A stretch of 38,298 nucleotides of DNA from an uncultured Anaerolineaceae bacterium (GCA_964580315.1 CAZOKH010000030.1:1-38298); one strand, 5' to 3'; positions 17,529 through 26,592 are shown, counted from the stretch's first letter. Translations and numbers: made by a program. The notes: generated by a model from the letters alone, not told the origin.

Positions 17529-18069
17529 CGAGGAAAAATTTTATTGACAGGCAGTTGGGGATTTGTATGAGACCCTGGACTTATATGTTCAGGGTATTAC
17601 GGCGAGCCGCCTGGCAGCCAGTCCGAATTTATCCCGGCGCTGCCTGTCTTGCAGCAGCAGTACATTGGGTCTGAATCTGTTGCAATTACTTCCCAAAAAC
17701 GCGTTAAACCACAAACGTCATTTTACCAACCAGGCTGGTCGCCCGGCGCTTGAGCAGATCGCCAGCTTCAATTTTTTTGAGCAGCCTGCCTGCCTGCAGC
17801 AGCTCGTTTTCCAGGCGAGTAAACACCTGCGCCACGCCGGTGTCGATCAGCATGTAGCCGTCGCCAGCTTGCACCAGGCAGGCATTGATAAAATCCAGGC
17901 TGCTGCGTTGAGCGTTTTTGTTTATTCTTTGCTCCTGTGAATTGTAATTTCACTTTACAAATTTTCTTTCAGGCATTTCACCCGCTGTTACCCGCATGGG
18001 GTAACTTTTTTCTTCCTCCTGCGTATATTGGTTGTGGTTTTATTTTTGAATGTTATTTGAGGTGTTTCA

Positions 18070-19344
18070 ATGGCGCAAATGAAAAATGTAATAAAAAAAG
18101 GAAAAATATTTTTTCTCTTGGTATTAGGGATTGTGCTGTCTATGGCGCTTGCCTGCGCTGTTTTTTGGGCGGCGGCGCATTACATCGATAGTATTGAGTT
18201 GCTTTTTCTGGTTTCTTTTCTTGCTCTTGGCGGGCTGGTTTATCTCGACTACCGGTGGGTATTTTTAAGAGGAAGGTCATCGGCAAATCGAAAAAGCTTG
18301 GTACAGGCAGGAATATTATCTCTGTTGATTTTTATCCTGGCGTATGTGGTGATACTGCAACCAGGCAATGAGATTCCAGCGTTGTCTGCCCGACCTGATG
18401 CGCAAACCTGGCAACTGGAATCAGGGGTTGAAATCGCCTATACTTTTTACCCGGCAGAGATTGATCCCAAACCTTATCCCATTCTTTATCTACACGGCGG
18501 TCCGGGGGCTATGCCGCATGGTGAAGGATGGGGAGATGATTATGCATTTTTGCGCCAGTTTACAGAAGATGGTTTCAATGTCTATCTTTACGATCAGGCT
18601 GGATCAGGAAGATCGTCTTTACGCGCTAAACTGGAAGACTATTCGGTGCTGGCAAATGTGCAAGACCTGGAAGCCATACGGCAGATCATTGGGGTGGAAA
18701 AGGTTATTTTGTTTGGACAATCGTGGGGAGCTGCACTGGCAGCCAATTACCTTGCAAACTACCCACAGCATGTTGAGCGAGTGATCTTCACTTCACCTGG
18801 TGAAATGTGGGCGGGCAGCGGCTTATCTAATGATTTCAGTCGGACGGCGGGAAGTAAAGCAGATCTGGTTACAGATTTGCGTTTTGATCTGGCTTATTCT
18901 TTATTGGATATCAATCCGCAGGCAGCGCAAAATTTGCTTTCACAGCGTGAAGCCAATGGATATTTGGAAGTACTTGCGCAAGATTTGTTGTCGCAATCCT
19001 TTTGCAAGGAAGATGCTGACAGGGTTCCCAGCCTGGACCCTGATGTACCGTTGGGATTTAATTTTTATGCCCTGTTGCTTACCGAAAAGAACCAGACCGG
19101 TCTAATTGACCCGCGCCCGCTGCTTTCCAATCTCGACACGCCCGCATTAATTCTAAAAGGTGAATGCGATTACATTCCATGGGAAATTACCATGCAATAC
19201 CGGCAAGCTTTGCCGAATGCCAGACTCATCTATATTGAGGATGTCGGTCATCTTATCTGGGGCAGCCAGTGGGAGACTGCCACGCAGGTTATTCGCGCAT
19301 TCTTAAACGATGAACCCCTTCCATTACCGGAGTATGATTTTTAG
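18070..19344 (+). CDS. membrane-anchored alpha/beta-hydrolase, proline-iminopeptidase-like (S33)
   Basis: N-terminal TM helices. HGGPG oxyanion motif. GQSWG nucleophile elbow. C-terminal His (DVGHL). Confidence 0.8.
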   Translation: MAQMKNVIKKGKIFFLLVLGIVLSMALACAVFWAAAHYIDSIELLFLVSFLALGGLVYLDYRWVFLRGRSSANRKSLVQAGILSLLIFILAYVVILQPGNEIPALSARPDAQTWQLESGVEIAYTFYPAEIDPKPYPILYLHGGPGAMPHGEGWGDDYAFLRQFTEDGFNVYLYDQAGSGRSSLRAKLEDYSVLANVQDLEAIRQIIGVEKVILFGQSWGAALAANYLANYPQHVERVIFTSPGEMWAGSGLSNDFSRTAGSKADLVTDLRFDLAYSLLDINPQAAQNLLSQREANGYLEVLAQDLLSQSFCKEDADRVPSLDPDVPLGFNFYALLLTEKNQTGLIDPRPLLSNLDTPALILKGECDYIPWEITMQYRQALPNARLIYIEDVGHLIWGSQWETATQVIRAFLNDEPLPLPEYDF

Positions 19345-19365
19345 AAAGAGGTCTCCTTCTTCCTG

Positions 19366-19596
19366 TTATGGAACTTCTTCCAGCATGGGTCCCAATTCTT
19401 CTTCGAGCGAATCCAAAACATCTTCCGGAACGTATTTTTCAATTGTCTCAGGCGCGAAATTCAACAGCGCAGCGCCGCCCGCCACGGGCAGCGCGCAGCA
19501 AAGGCACAGCACAAGCAAAACAACCACAACAATGATGCAAGCCTTGTTGGATTTTTTGGGACTGGCAACACTTTGAATGACAGGTGGTTGTTCCAT
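19366..19596 (-). CDS. small single-TM protein with Cys-rich TM segment and acidic C-terminal tail (76 aa)
   Basis: Strong AAGGAGG SD 4 nt before the ATG at 19596. Convergent with the hydrolase gene. Confidence 0.5.
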   Translation of the reverse strand: MEQPPVIQSVASPKKSNKACIIVVVVLLVLCLCCALPVAGGAALLNFAPETIEKYVPEDVLDSLEEELGPMLEEVP

Positions 19597-19756
19597 GGCT
19601 CCTCCTTTAGGAAAATGGAAATGAACGGGCTGGTGTTTCTTGTCTTAAATCCGCGGGTTATCCACGGGTCTTTTTTAAACTGCTGAAATTATTATGCCAT
19701 AAATGGAAGGTGAAATACCAGCGGTTTTGGGGGGCGCGATTGGGTTATTTTGCCTC

Positions 19757-19785
19757 TTGACAAGCGACCAATGGTCGCTTACAAT
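19757..19785 (+). promoter_or_regulatory. sigma70-type promoter TTGACA-17-TACAAT whose 17-nt spacer is the perfect palindrome AGCGACCA-a-TGGTCGCT (TetR operator). A second half-palindrome AGCGAATGATGGTCGCT lies at 19786..19802
   Basis: Read directly. The -35 and -10 elements both match consensus at 5/6 or better. Located 32 nt upstream of the tetR-family gene ATG (19817). Confidence 0.7.
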
Positions 19786-19816
19786 AGCGAATGATGGTCG
19801 CTTTCGAGGAGGAGCC

Positions 19817-20410
19817 ATGCCCAAAGGAATTCCCCTGACAGAAGAAGAACAAATCCGCCGCCGGCGTGAGATTTTCGATGCGGCGCTGCACTTGTTTTTG
19901 GATAAGGGTTTCAACGAGACTTCCATGCGCGAGATTGCCGAAGCCGCCGGGGTTGGTAAATCAACCCTGTATGACTATTTCACAACCAAGGATGATATTT
20001 TGCTTTCGGTGATGGAAGAAGAAGTGCAGGGATTGGTGGACCGGGCACGGCAGATTGCCAGCCAGCCCGTCAGCCCGCAGGAAAAATTTCTTCAAATTGT
20101 GCAGGATTATTTGAATTATCTAATGCATAACGAGGTTTTCTTTACCAGGCTCAGCCTGGAAGTGCAGCGTCTGGCCCCGACCAGCCAGGTGCGCATTCAG
20201 ACCAGGCGGCATGCTTACCAGGAAGTGATTCGTTCGGTGATTGATGAAGGTATTCAGGCAGGCTGCTACCGCTCCATCGATTCGCTGCTGGCGGCGCGGG
20301 TCATTCTGTCGGCGCTCTCTCCGGCGGTTTACACCACGTATAAAAATGTTAATCGCGAAAAAATGAAAGAAGATGCGCTGACCCTTTTGTTGAAAGGTCT
20401 TGAAGTGTGA
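19817..20410 (+). CDS. TetR/AcrR-family transcriptional regulator
   Basis: N-terminal HTH FNETSMREIAEAAGVGKSTLYDYF. ORF track starts at 19703, but that would read through the promoter. ATG 19817 has GAGGAGGAG SD. Confidence 0.9.
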   Translation: MPKGIPLTEEEQIRRRREIFDAALHLFLDKGFNETSMREIAEAAGVGKSTLYDYFTTKDDILLSVMEEEVQGLVDRARQIASQPVSPQEKFLQIVQDYLNYLMHNEVFFTRLSLEVQRLAPTSQVRIQTRRHAYQEVIRSVIDEGIQAGCYRSIDSLLAARVILSALSPAVYTTYKNVNREKMKEDALTLLLKGLEV

Positions 20411-20437
20411 TTTGGTTTGATTTTTTTTGAGTGTTTG

Positions 20438-20536
20438 ATGTTAAAGAACAACGAACAACACAAAACACACGAAAGTAGTCTGAAAATGATTGAGCAACTT
20501 AAAAATATTTTGTGTTTTTCGCATCTTTCGTTGTAA
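20438..20536 (+). other. 32-codon upstream ORF (MLKNNEQHKTHESSLKMIEQLKNILCFSHLSL) inside the AT-rich 175-nt leader of the PEP-utilising enzyme gene
   Basis: ORF with a weak SD. Overlaps an imperfect long inverted repeat (ACACGAAAG...CTTTCGTTGT). Speculative leader peptide. Confidence 0.2.
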
Positions 20537-20585
20537 TAAAAAGTGATCAACAGCACGAGCTGCATATAAGAAACGAGATAATGAC

Positions 20586-23156
20586 ATGAACAATTACATT
20601 CTTTCCCTCGAAGATATTCAAGCTGACCTGGAAACCGTGGGCGGCAAGGGCATGTCGCTGGCGCGTATGCTGCGCGCCGGGCTGCCGGTGCCGGGCGGTT
20701 TTCACATCACCACCGAAGCCTACCGATTTTTTGTAGCGCAAAACGGCATCCAGGATCAGGTTATGAATGCGCTTAAACATGCCAACGCCGATGACCCGGC
20801 CACGCTGGAGCCGGTTGCACAAACCATCGCACAGTTGTTTTTGCAGGGGCAGATCCCGGCTGAAATTGAAACTGCCATCACCCAGGCTTATGCCGGTCTG
20901 AATGATGCGCCGGTGGCGGTGCGCTCATCAGCCACGGCGGAAGATTTGCCGGATGCCTCATTTGCCGGGCAGCAGGAAACCTACCTGAACATCCGCGGTG
21001 TCGATGCGCTGCTGGAAGCGGTGAAGAAATGCTGGGCAAGCCTGTGGACGGCGCGCGCCATTGCCTACCGCCTGAAAAACAACATTGACCAGAACACGGT
21101 GGCGCTGGCCGTGGTGGTGCAAGAGCTTGTGTTCGCCGAAGCGGCGGGCATCCTGTTCACCGCCAACCCGGTGAACGGCAAGCGCAGCCAGGCGCTGATC
21201 AACGCCGCCTGGGGACTGGGCGAGGCGGTGGTGTCGGGGGCAGTGACGCCCGACACGTTGACCGTGGACAAACTGACCGGCAAGGTGGTTGTGCGCGAGA
21301 CGGCTGAAAAGCAGGTGATGACCGTGCGCACAGCCAGCGGCACACAGGAGCAGCCGGTTCCAGGTGCTTTGCAAAAGAAAGCGGTGCTCACCAACCGGCA
21401 GGCGGCTGAACTGACTGAGTTGGGCGTCCTCATTGAAGCCTATTACGGTGACCCGATGGATATTGAATGGGCGTATGTTGAAGGCAAATTTTTCATCGTG
21501 CAGGCGCGCCCCATCACCGCCATGCCGCCGGAATGGGAAATACCGGAAAAAAAAGCTGTCTATGCCCGCGGCAGCCTGGCTGAACATATTCCCAGCCCGG
21601 TGACGCCGTTGTTCTCCACCCTGGGGTTGAAGATTGCCAACCAGGCAACCGCATTGATCTGGCAGCGCTTGCTGGGTAATAACGCAAAGAATTTCCTGGT
21701 AGGCAAGGGGTTTTACATTACCATCAATGATTATGTGTACGGCGGTTTTCGCATGGATGCCAAAGGCGCTGTCATTGTCACCTACTGGTCAATTGCCCAG
21801 ATGCCGGTGGTTTACCGCAACAGTGTGGGACGCTGGCGGACTGCTCTCGACCAATTTGAGCAGGTGGTGAACGAATGGGAGAAAAAAAACATCGAAGCGT
21901 TCTCGCCATCGGAATTGCTAAATGGCGTACGCACGGTCTTTTATGCCACATGCCGCTACTTCACTGAAATTCAAACCACCCTGCCCGCGGCTTCGTCCAG
22001 CGAGGTGCTGTTTACCCAGTTTTACAATCGCCTGATCAAACGCAAACACGATCCCGAAGCCGCCGTCTTTGTAATGGGCTTTGAAACGGCTGCCTTGCGG
22101 GCGGAAAAATCACTGTTTGACCTGGCTGAATGGTTGAAAACGCATCCCAACCTGGCGCAGTATGTGCAAAACACTCCAGCCGAAAGCCTGTTGGCAAATA
22201 TTCGAAACAAGACTGCTTCTGTGGACATTGCCGCCGGGCAGTGGGAAGAATGGACGCGCCGCTTCCAGAATCACCTGGAGGCTTTTGGGCGCACCGTTTA
22301 TGAGTTTGATTTTGCCAACCCCACGCCTTATGAAAAACCTGCGCCCATGTTGGAAGCCATTAAATCTTTTCTGGATGGCAAGGCTGGCAGTCCCTATGAA
22401 CGGCAGCAAAAAGCGGTGGCGCGTCGTGAAGAAGCAACACAGGCTGCCTTGAGCCACACCGGCTGGCCGCTAAAGAGTTGGTTTAAGAAGCTGCTGCTGT
22501 GGGCGCAGGAAACCACCCCCATGCGTGAAGACAGCATCGCCGGCATGGGCATGGGGCACCCGCTGGTTCGCCGCGTGCTAGCTGAACTGGGTAAGCGATT
22601 TACCGCCGCCGGCGCCATTGAATGCGCCGACGATATCTACTGGCTGGAAGAAAGCGAAGTGGAAACGTTGGTGAATGCCCTGAAGCAAGAGCAACCCCTG
22701 CCGCGCTTTACAGACCGTGTTCCAGAACGGAAAGAAAAATGGCGGGCTGCGTTAAAACTCAACGCGCCTGTGATACTGCCTGAAAAAACCGGCTGGTCAA
22801 AACTGATGCACGGCAGCAAAGCCGAAAAGAAAGACGGCAAACTGGTTCTAAAAGGAATCGGCACCAGCAGCGGTGTGGTCACCGCCCCGGCGCGGGTGTT
22901 GTTTGGGCCGGAAGACTTTGAAAAAATGCAGCCTGGCGACGTGCTGGTGGCAGTTACCACCACGCCCGCCTGGACGCCCCTGTTCACCCTGGCCTCGGCG
23001 GTAGTGACCGATATCGGCGGGCCGCTGTCGCACAGCAGCATTGTGGCGCGCGAATACGGCATCCCGGCGGTGATGGCAGCCCGTTCTGCCACGCGTATCA
23101 TTCAGGATGGGCAAATGGTCACAGTGGATGGTGGGGCAGGTACCGTAACCATGTAG
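20586..23156 (+). CDS. PEP-utilising enzyme of the PEP-synthase/rifampicin-phosphotransferase (RPH) family
   Basis: 856 aa. N-terminal PPDK_N ATP-grasp (ETVGGKGMSLARM). C-terminal swivelling phosphohistidine domain (GGPLSHSSIVAREYGIPAV). Length and architecture as in RPH-type antibiotic kinases. The substrate cannot be inferred. Confidence 0.85.
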   Translation: MNNYILSLEDIQADLETVGGKGMSLARMLRAGLPVPGGFHITTEAYRFFVAQNGIQDQVMNALKHANADDPATLEPVAQTIAQLFLQGQIPAEIETAITQAYAGLNDAPVAVRSSATAEDLPDASFAGQQETYLNIRGVDALLEAVKKCWASLWTARAIAYRLKNNIDQNTVALAVVVQELVFAEAAGILFTANPVNGKRSQALINAAWGLGEAVVSGAVTPDTLTVDKLTGKVVVRETAEKQVMTVRTASGTQEQPVPGALQKKAVLTNRQAAELTELGVLIEAYYGDPMDIEWAYVEGKFFIVQARPITAMPPEWEIPEKKAVYARGSLAEHIPSPVTPLFSTLGLKIANQATALIWQRLLGNNAKNFLVGKGFYITINDYVYGGFRMDAKGAVIVTYWSIAQMPVVYRNSVGRWRTALDQFEQVVNEWEKKNIEAFSPSELLNGVRTVFYATCRYFTEIQTTLPAASSSEVLFTQFYNRLIKRKHDPEAAVFVMGFETAALRAEKSLFDLAEWLKTHPNLAQYVQNTPAESLLANIRNKTASVDIAAGQWEEWTRRFQNHLEAFGRTVYEFDFANPTPYEKPAPMLEAIKSFLDGKAGSPYERQQKAVARREEATQAALSHTGWPLKSWFKKLLLWAQETTPMREDSIAGMGMGHPLVRRVLAELGKRFTAAGAIECADDIYWLEESEVETLVNALKQEQPLPRFTDRVPERKEKWRAALKLNAPVILPEKTGWSKLMHGSKAEKKDGKLVLKGIGTSSGVVTAPARVLFGPEDFEKMQPGDVLVAVTTTPAWTPLFTLASAVVTDIGGPLSHSSIVAREYGIPAVMAARSATRIIQDGQMVTVDGGAGTVTM

Positions 23157-23173
23157 GGCTATCGGTTTGTTGT

Positions 23174-24760
23174 TTATTCAGAAAAATCTTCGGAGAAATC
23201 GGGCTGTTCTTCGCTGTCGGGCATTTCATTGTAAAAGCAGTAGTTGTTCTTTCCGTTTTTCTTGACCTGATAAAGAGCCCGGTCAGATTTCTTGATCAGT
23301 TCATTAATGGTTTTGCCGTCCTGGGGGTGGAGAGCTATGCCAATGCTTGCCGACAGGTGGAAGCGGTGTTCGTCCTTGTTGAAGTCGGCCTCAAAATTTT
23401 TCAAGATCTTATGAGCGACTTCGATGACATCTTCGCGGCTCTTAATTTCAGTTAAGAGCAAAACGAACTCATCGCCTCCGAAACGCGCCACTGTGTCTCC
23501 CCTGCGCAAACCGGCGGTCAGCCGCCGGGTCACCTCAACCAGCACCTGGTCGCCAACGTCATGGCCAAAGGTGTCGTTAATGGTTTTAAATTCATCGAGA
23601 TCAAGCGACAAAATCGCCAGGCTTTTTTGATAGCGCTGCGCATTGGCTTTGGCGATATTAAATCGGTCATAGAACAGCTTGCGGTTGGGCAGCCCGGTCA
23701 GGTGATCGTGGGTGGCTTCAACCTGCAGCCGCTGCCTGATTTGACTGAGTTCAGTGATGTCACTGATGCTCGACAGGACAAGTTCTTCGTTGTCAATGAA
23801 GATGGTTTCCGCCGAATAAAGACCGATGATAACCTCTCCTGACTTGATCTGAAATGGATATTCAATCCCTTGAATCTTTTTATTTTTTGAGAGGTTTTTC
23901 ATCACTGCTTTACGGTGTTCTTTGTTTACCCATAGATTCAAATCAAGCGTGGTTTTGCCAAGCACTTCATCGTAGGTATAACCGGTGATTTTCATAAAAC
24001 CATCATTGGCTTCCAAAATTTTTCCATCAGCCGGCCGGGTGAGCATAATGGCATAGGGCGCTGAATGAAAGGCTTTGGTGAATTTTTCTTCTGAAATTTG
24101 AACTTCATCCAACAGGCGTTTGCTCACCATCAAGATTAATGAGATTACGAAGCTGATGGCCAGAGCTAAAAAAATGGTAATGGACAGGGCATCATTGAAC
24201 CTTGATTGAAAGAAATCGTTTGTGCCCAGCGGAAACAGCACGATCAGGATGATGCGGGAAAGACTGGTGAGCAAATGCCCCACAAAAACCAGGCTGGTGA
24301 TGTGCATCATGGATCGCAATACGGAGGGGGTTATATGGACCAGCAGCCAGATAATCTGGGCGTCGAGAACAATATTAAAGATGGAATACAGTATTTCCCG
24401 GGCAGACAGGTTGGGCTGAAATGCGTAGAAGTAATACAAAAGGACCATGTACAGCGCAAGGAAAAAATAGTTGTGAACTTGCGAGCTTCTTTGATCTACA
24501 AATTGTTCCAGCCCAATGTACAGGCAGAGGATTCCAGCCGTCAATAGCAAGTTGGCGATGACAATGGAAAGAAAATCAGGAATGAAACCGCGCAGCAAAA
24601 TCAGGCCTAATCCAGCAGCCTGCATGACCACATAGGCCAACCACAGCGATATCCCCTTAAAGCGCTTGCGGTATTGCTGCCAGATAATGGTAATCGCCCC
24701 GACATTGATTACATTGACGATAAAATGCAACAGAATAAGGGTCCGAATATCAATGTTCAT
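23174..24760 (-). CDS. membrane sensor diguanylate cyclase (polytopic N-terminal domain, PAS, GGDEF)
   Basis: About 7 TM helices. PAS block (YAIMLTRPADGKILEANDGFMKITGYTYDEVLGKT). GGDEF active site RFGGDEF. AT-rich. Confidence 0.9.
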   Translation of the reverse strand: MNIDIRTLILLHFIVNVINVGAITIIWQQYRKRFKGISLWLAYVVMQAAGLGLILLRGFIPDFLSIVIANLLLTAGILCLYIGLEQFVDQRSSQVHNYFFLALYMVLLYYFYAFQPNLSAREILYSIFNIVLDAQIIWLLVHITPSVLRSMMHITSLVFVGHLLTSLSRIILIVLFPLGTNDFFQSRFNDALSITIFLALAISFVISLILMVSKRLLDEVQISEEKFTKAFHSAPYAIMLTRPADGKILEANDGFMKITGYTYDEVLGKTTLDLNLWVNKEHRKAVMKNLSKNKKIQGIEYPFQIKSGEVIIGLYSAETIFIDNEELVLSSISDITELSQIRQRLQVEATHDHLTGLPNRKLFYDRFNIAKANAQRYQKSLAILSLDLDEFKTINDTFGHDVGDQVLVEVTRRLTAGLRRGDTVARFGGDEFVLLLTEIKSREDVIEVAHKILKNFEADFNKDEHRFHLSASIGIALHPQDGKTINELIKKSDRALYQVKKNGKNNYCFYNEMPDSEEQPDFSEDFSE

Positions 24761-24892
24761 GGTGTGTTTTCCATTTCAAATGGTTCACCGCATTGAAATC
24801 GTCTGTCAAGCTTTATTTCATTTTACATAGAAAAGGGAAAATGGAATTAATAAATCAGGAAGAATAGCCAAAAGCGCTCAATAAAAGCGAGG

Positions 24893-25378
24893 TTAAGCGA
24901 AAAGCCGGATCATCTTGATGGATGACGGGGTCTCATCCACAACCGTGAAGCCCAAACGCAGGTAAAGCCGCAGCGCCGGGTTGCCCGGTGAAACGCTGAG
25001 GCAAACTGCCGGGTAACGGGCTTGCTGCGCCAGTTCGAGAAGGCGGGTCAGCAATTGAGCGCCAATGCCCACACCGCGAAATTCGGGTAAAACGGCAATC
25101 GAAAGTTCGGGTGTGGCATCATCCACATAGCCAAAGCCGCGCTGGTCGCCGGTCAGCAGGCGCAGCCAGGCGGCGCCCACAGGTGCGCCTTCCACCAACG
25201 CCGCAAAACCGCGGTCGTGCGTTTGCCCCCAGTCCTGCACATAACAGGCAATTTCAGGCTTCTGCAAAATTTCGCGCGGAAAGGGCAGCTGGCCGGGCGG
25301 TAGATACAACGCCTGGTACAGCATTTCCCACAAGAAAGGTTCGTCGGACGCGGTCAAAGCGCGAAATTTGACAGTCAT
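24893..25378 (-). CDS. GNAT-family N-acetyltransferase
   Basis: 161 aa. Acetyl-CoA binding motif A region (VLPEFRGVGIGAQLL). Confidence 0.8.
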   Translation of the reverse strand: MTVKFRALTASDEPFLWEMLYQALYLPPGQLPFPREILQKPEIACYVQDWGQTHDRGFAALVEGAPVGAAWLRLLTGDQRGFGYVDDATPELSIAVLPEFRGVGIGAQLLTRLLELAQQARYPAVCLSVSPGNPALRLYLRLGFTVVDETPSSIKMIRLFA

Positions 25379-25660
25379 TTATCCCTGGTCATAAGCTTTT
25401 TTCAACTCTGCAATATCCAGTTTAATCATTTGCAGCATGGCTTTGGTGACACTGCGTACTTTAGCGGGGTTTTTATCCAGTATATATTCATCCAACACCC
25501 GGGGGACAATTTGCCAGGTTACGCCGAATTTGTCAATCAGCCAGCCGCACTGCTGTGTTTCACCTCCGGCTGATAAATTATCCCACAGGTAATCGATCTC
25601 TTCCTGGTTATTGCAATTGACCACGAAGGAAATGGCCTGTGAGAATTTGAAAACCGGCAA
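25379..25660 (-). pseudogene. VOC/PhnB-like (3-demethylubiquinone-9 3-methyltransferase-domain) gene, C-terminal half only. Apparent 5' truncation
   Basis: ISFVVNCNNQEEIDYLWDNLSAGGETQQCGWLIDKFGVTWQIVP matches the C-terminal half of PhnB-family proteins. The roughly 70-85-residue N-terminal half is absent. Only a TTG start. Its stop abuts the GNAT start codon. Confidence 0.45.
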
Positions 25661-25749
25661 AAACAGTGTAACACTTCGGCGGCATTAATACAATTATACT
25701 GATAGTATATATCCGAATACAAACAGGTTTTCAGAATAACGGCAAGGAT

Positions 25750-26592
25750 TTATGCTGTATTCCCATTTTTTTGGCTGAGCAGGTCTTTGACCTTCATATC
25801 GGGATGCCGGTAATAATAATCTCCCTTCACCAGGGCGCCAAAAATGGCTTTTTGCGGACACCAGTTATAACAGGCTATGCAATTTTCGCAGTGATGCAGC
25901 CATTGCGGTTTGCCGTCCACAATCTTGATGTTTGCAACCGGGCAAACTTGCGCGCAAATTCCGCAGCCGTTGCAGGTGTCCCTGACGGCGAATGTTCTAT
26001 CGATATTGTAAACAGCTTCTTCCAGGGTGGCATTTGCATCGATGCCTGACAGTTCCAATAGACTCTTCAAATATAGTGGTTTGAACAATGGAAACAACCA
26101 TCTTTGTACAAGATCGATAAACCTGTTGGAATAAAATGTCCCTTTTTCTCTTTTTGCAACAATTCCTTGAATATTGGATAATGTTTTTCTCGCCTCTGCA
26201 AAAAGCTTATCCGGTTTTTCAAAAGGTTTTTTGAAAGCATTTTGCGGCATGTGAATGCCGTAGATGAAAGATATTTTTCCCTGCTTTGCCTGCAGGAGTT
26301 TCTTTGCCGTGGCAATGGAATACCCGCTTCCACCGCCGTAGTTCAGCACCAGCAAGATGGTTTTATTTTCCAGGTTGGTGAGTTTTTGGAGGAATGCTTT
26401 CACAATATTGGGCAAATCACCGTAATACACCGGGGTGATGATGCCAATAACCTCAGCACAAGGATCGATTGCGTGATTGTTGATCACTGAAGGGATGGAA
26501 ACTAGCCTGGCTGAAAGGCTTTGTTGAACAATTTTTGCCAGCGCCAGGGAATTTCCGGTTCCTGAGAAATAGTACAAAACAGTTTCCATCAT
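25750..26592 (-). CDS. EFR1-type flavodoxin-like protein with C-terminal 2x[4Fe-4S] ferredoxin motifs
   Basis: LYYFSGTGNSL flavodoxin-like N-terminus. CNGCGICAQVCP and CENCIACYNWCP cluster motifs. The start is 26592 or 26589 (tandem ATGs). AT-rich. Confidence 0.8.
   Translation of the reverse strand: MMETVLYYFSGTGNSLALAKIVQQSLSARLVSIPSVINNHAIDPCAEVIGIITPVYYGDLPNIVKAFLQKLTNLENKTILLVLNYGGGSGYSIATAKKLLQAKQGKISFIYGIHMPQNAFKKPFEKPDKLFAEARKTLSNIQGIVAKREKGTFYSNRFIDLVQRWLFPLFKPLYLKSLLELSGIDANATLEEAVYNIDRTFAVRDTCNGCGICAQVCPVANIKIVDGKPQWLHHCENCIACYNWCPQKAIFGALVKGDYYYRHPDMKVKDLLSQKNGNTA

Noticed and set aside
17563-17940. 125-aa plus-strand ORF in the 540-nt gap
   Set aside because: Ser/Leu/Cys-rich junk-like composition and no SD. 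The opposite strand gives a more protein-like but start-less translation, reported as a finding.
19703-19816. N-terminal 38-codon extension of the TetR ORF in the ORF track
   Set aside because: It would read through the consensus promoter and operator. The internal ATG at 19817 has a strong SD and yields a normal-length TetR.
24771-24783. Perfect palindrome CCATTT-c-AAATGG just upstream of the diguanylate cyclase start
   Set aside because: Short (6-1-6) and AT-rich, so likely to occur by chance. Noted only as a possible operator.
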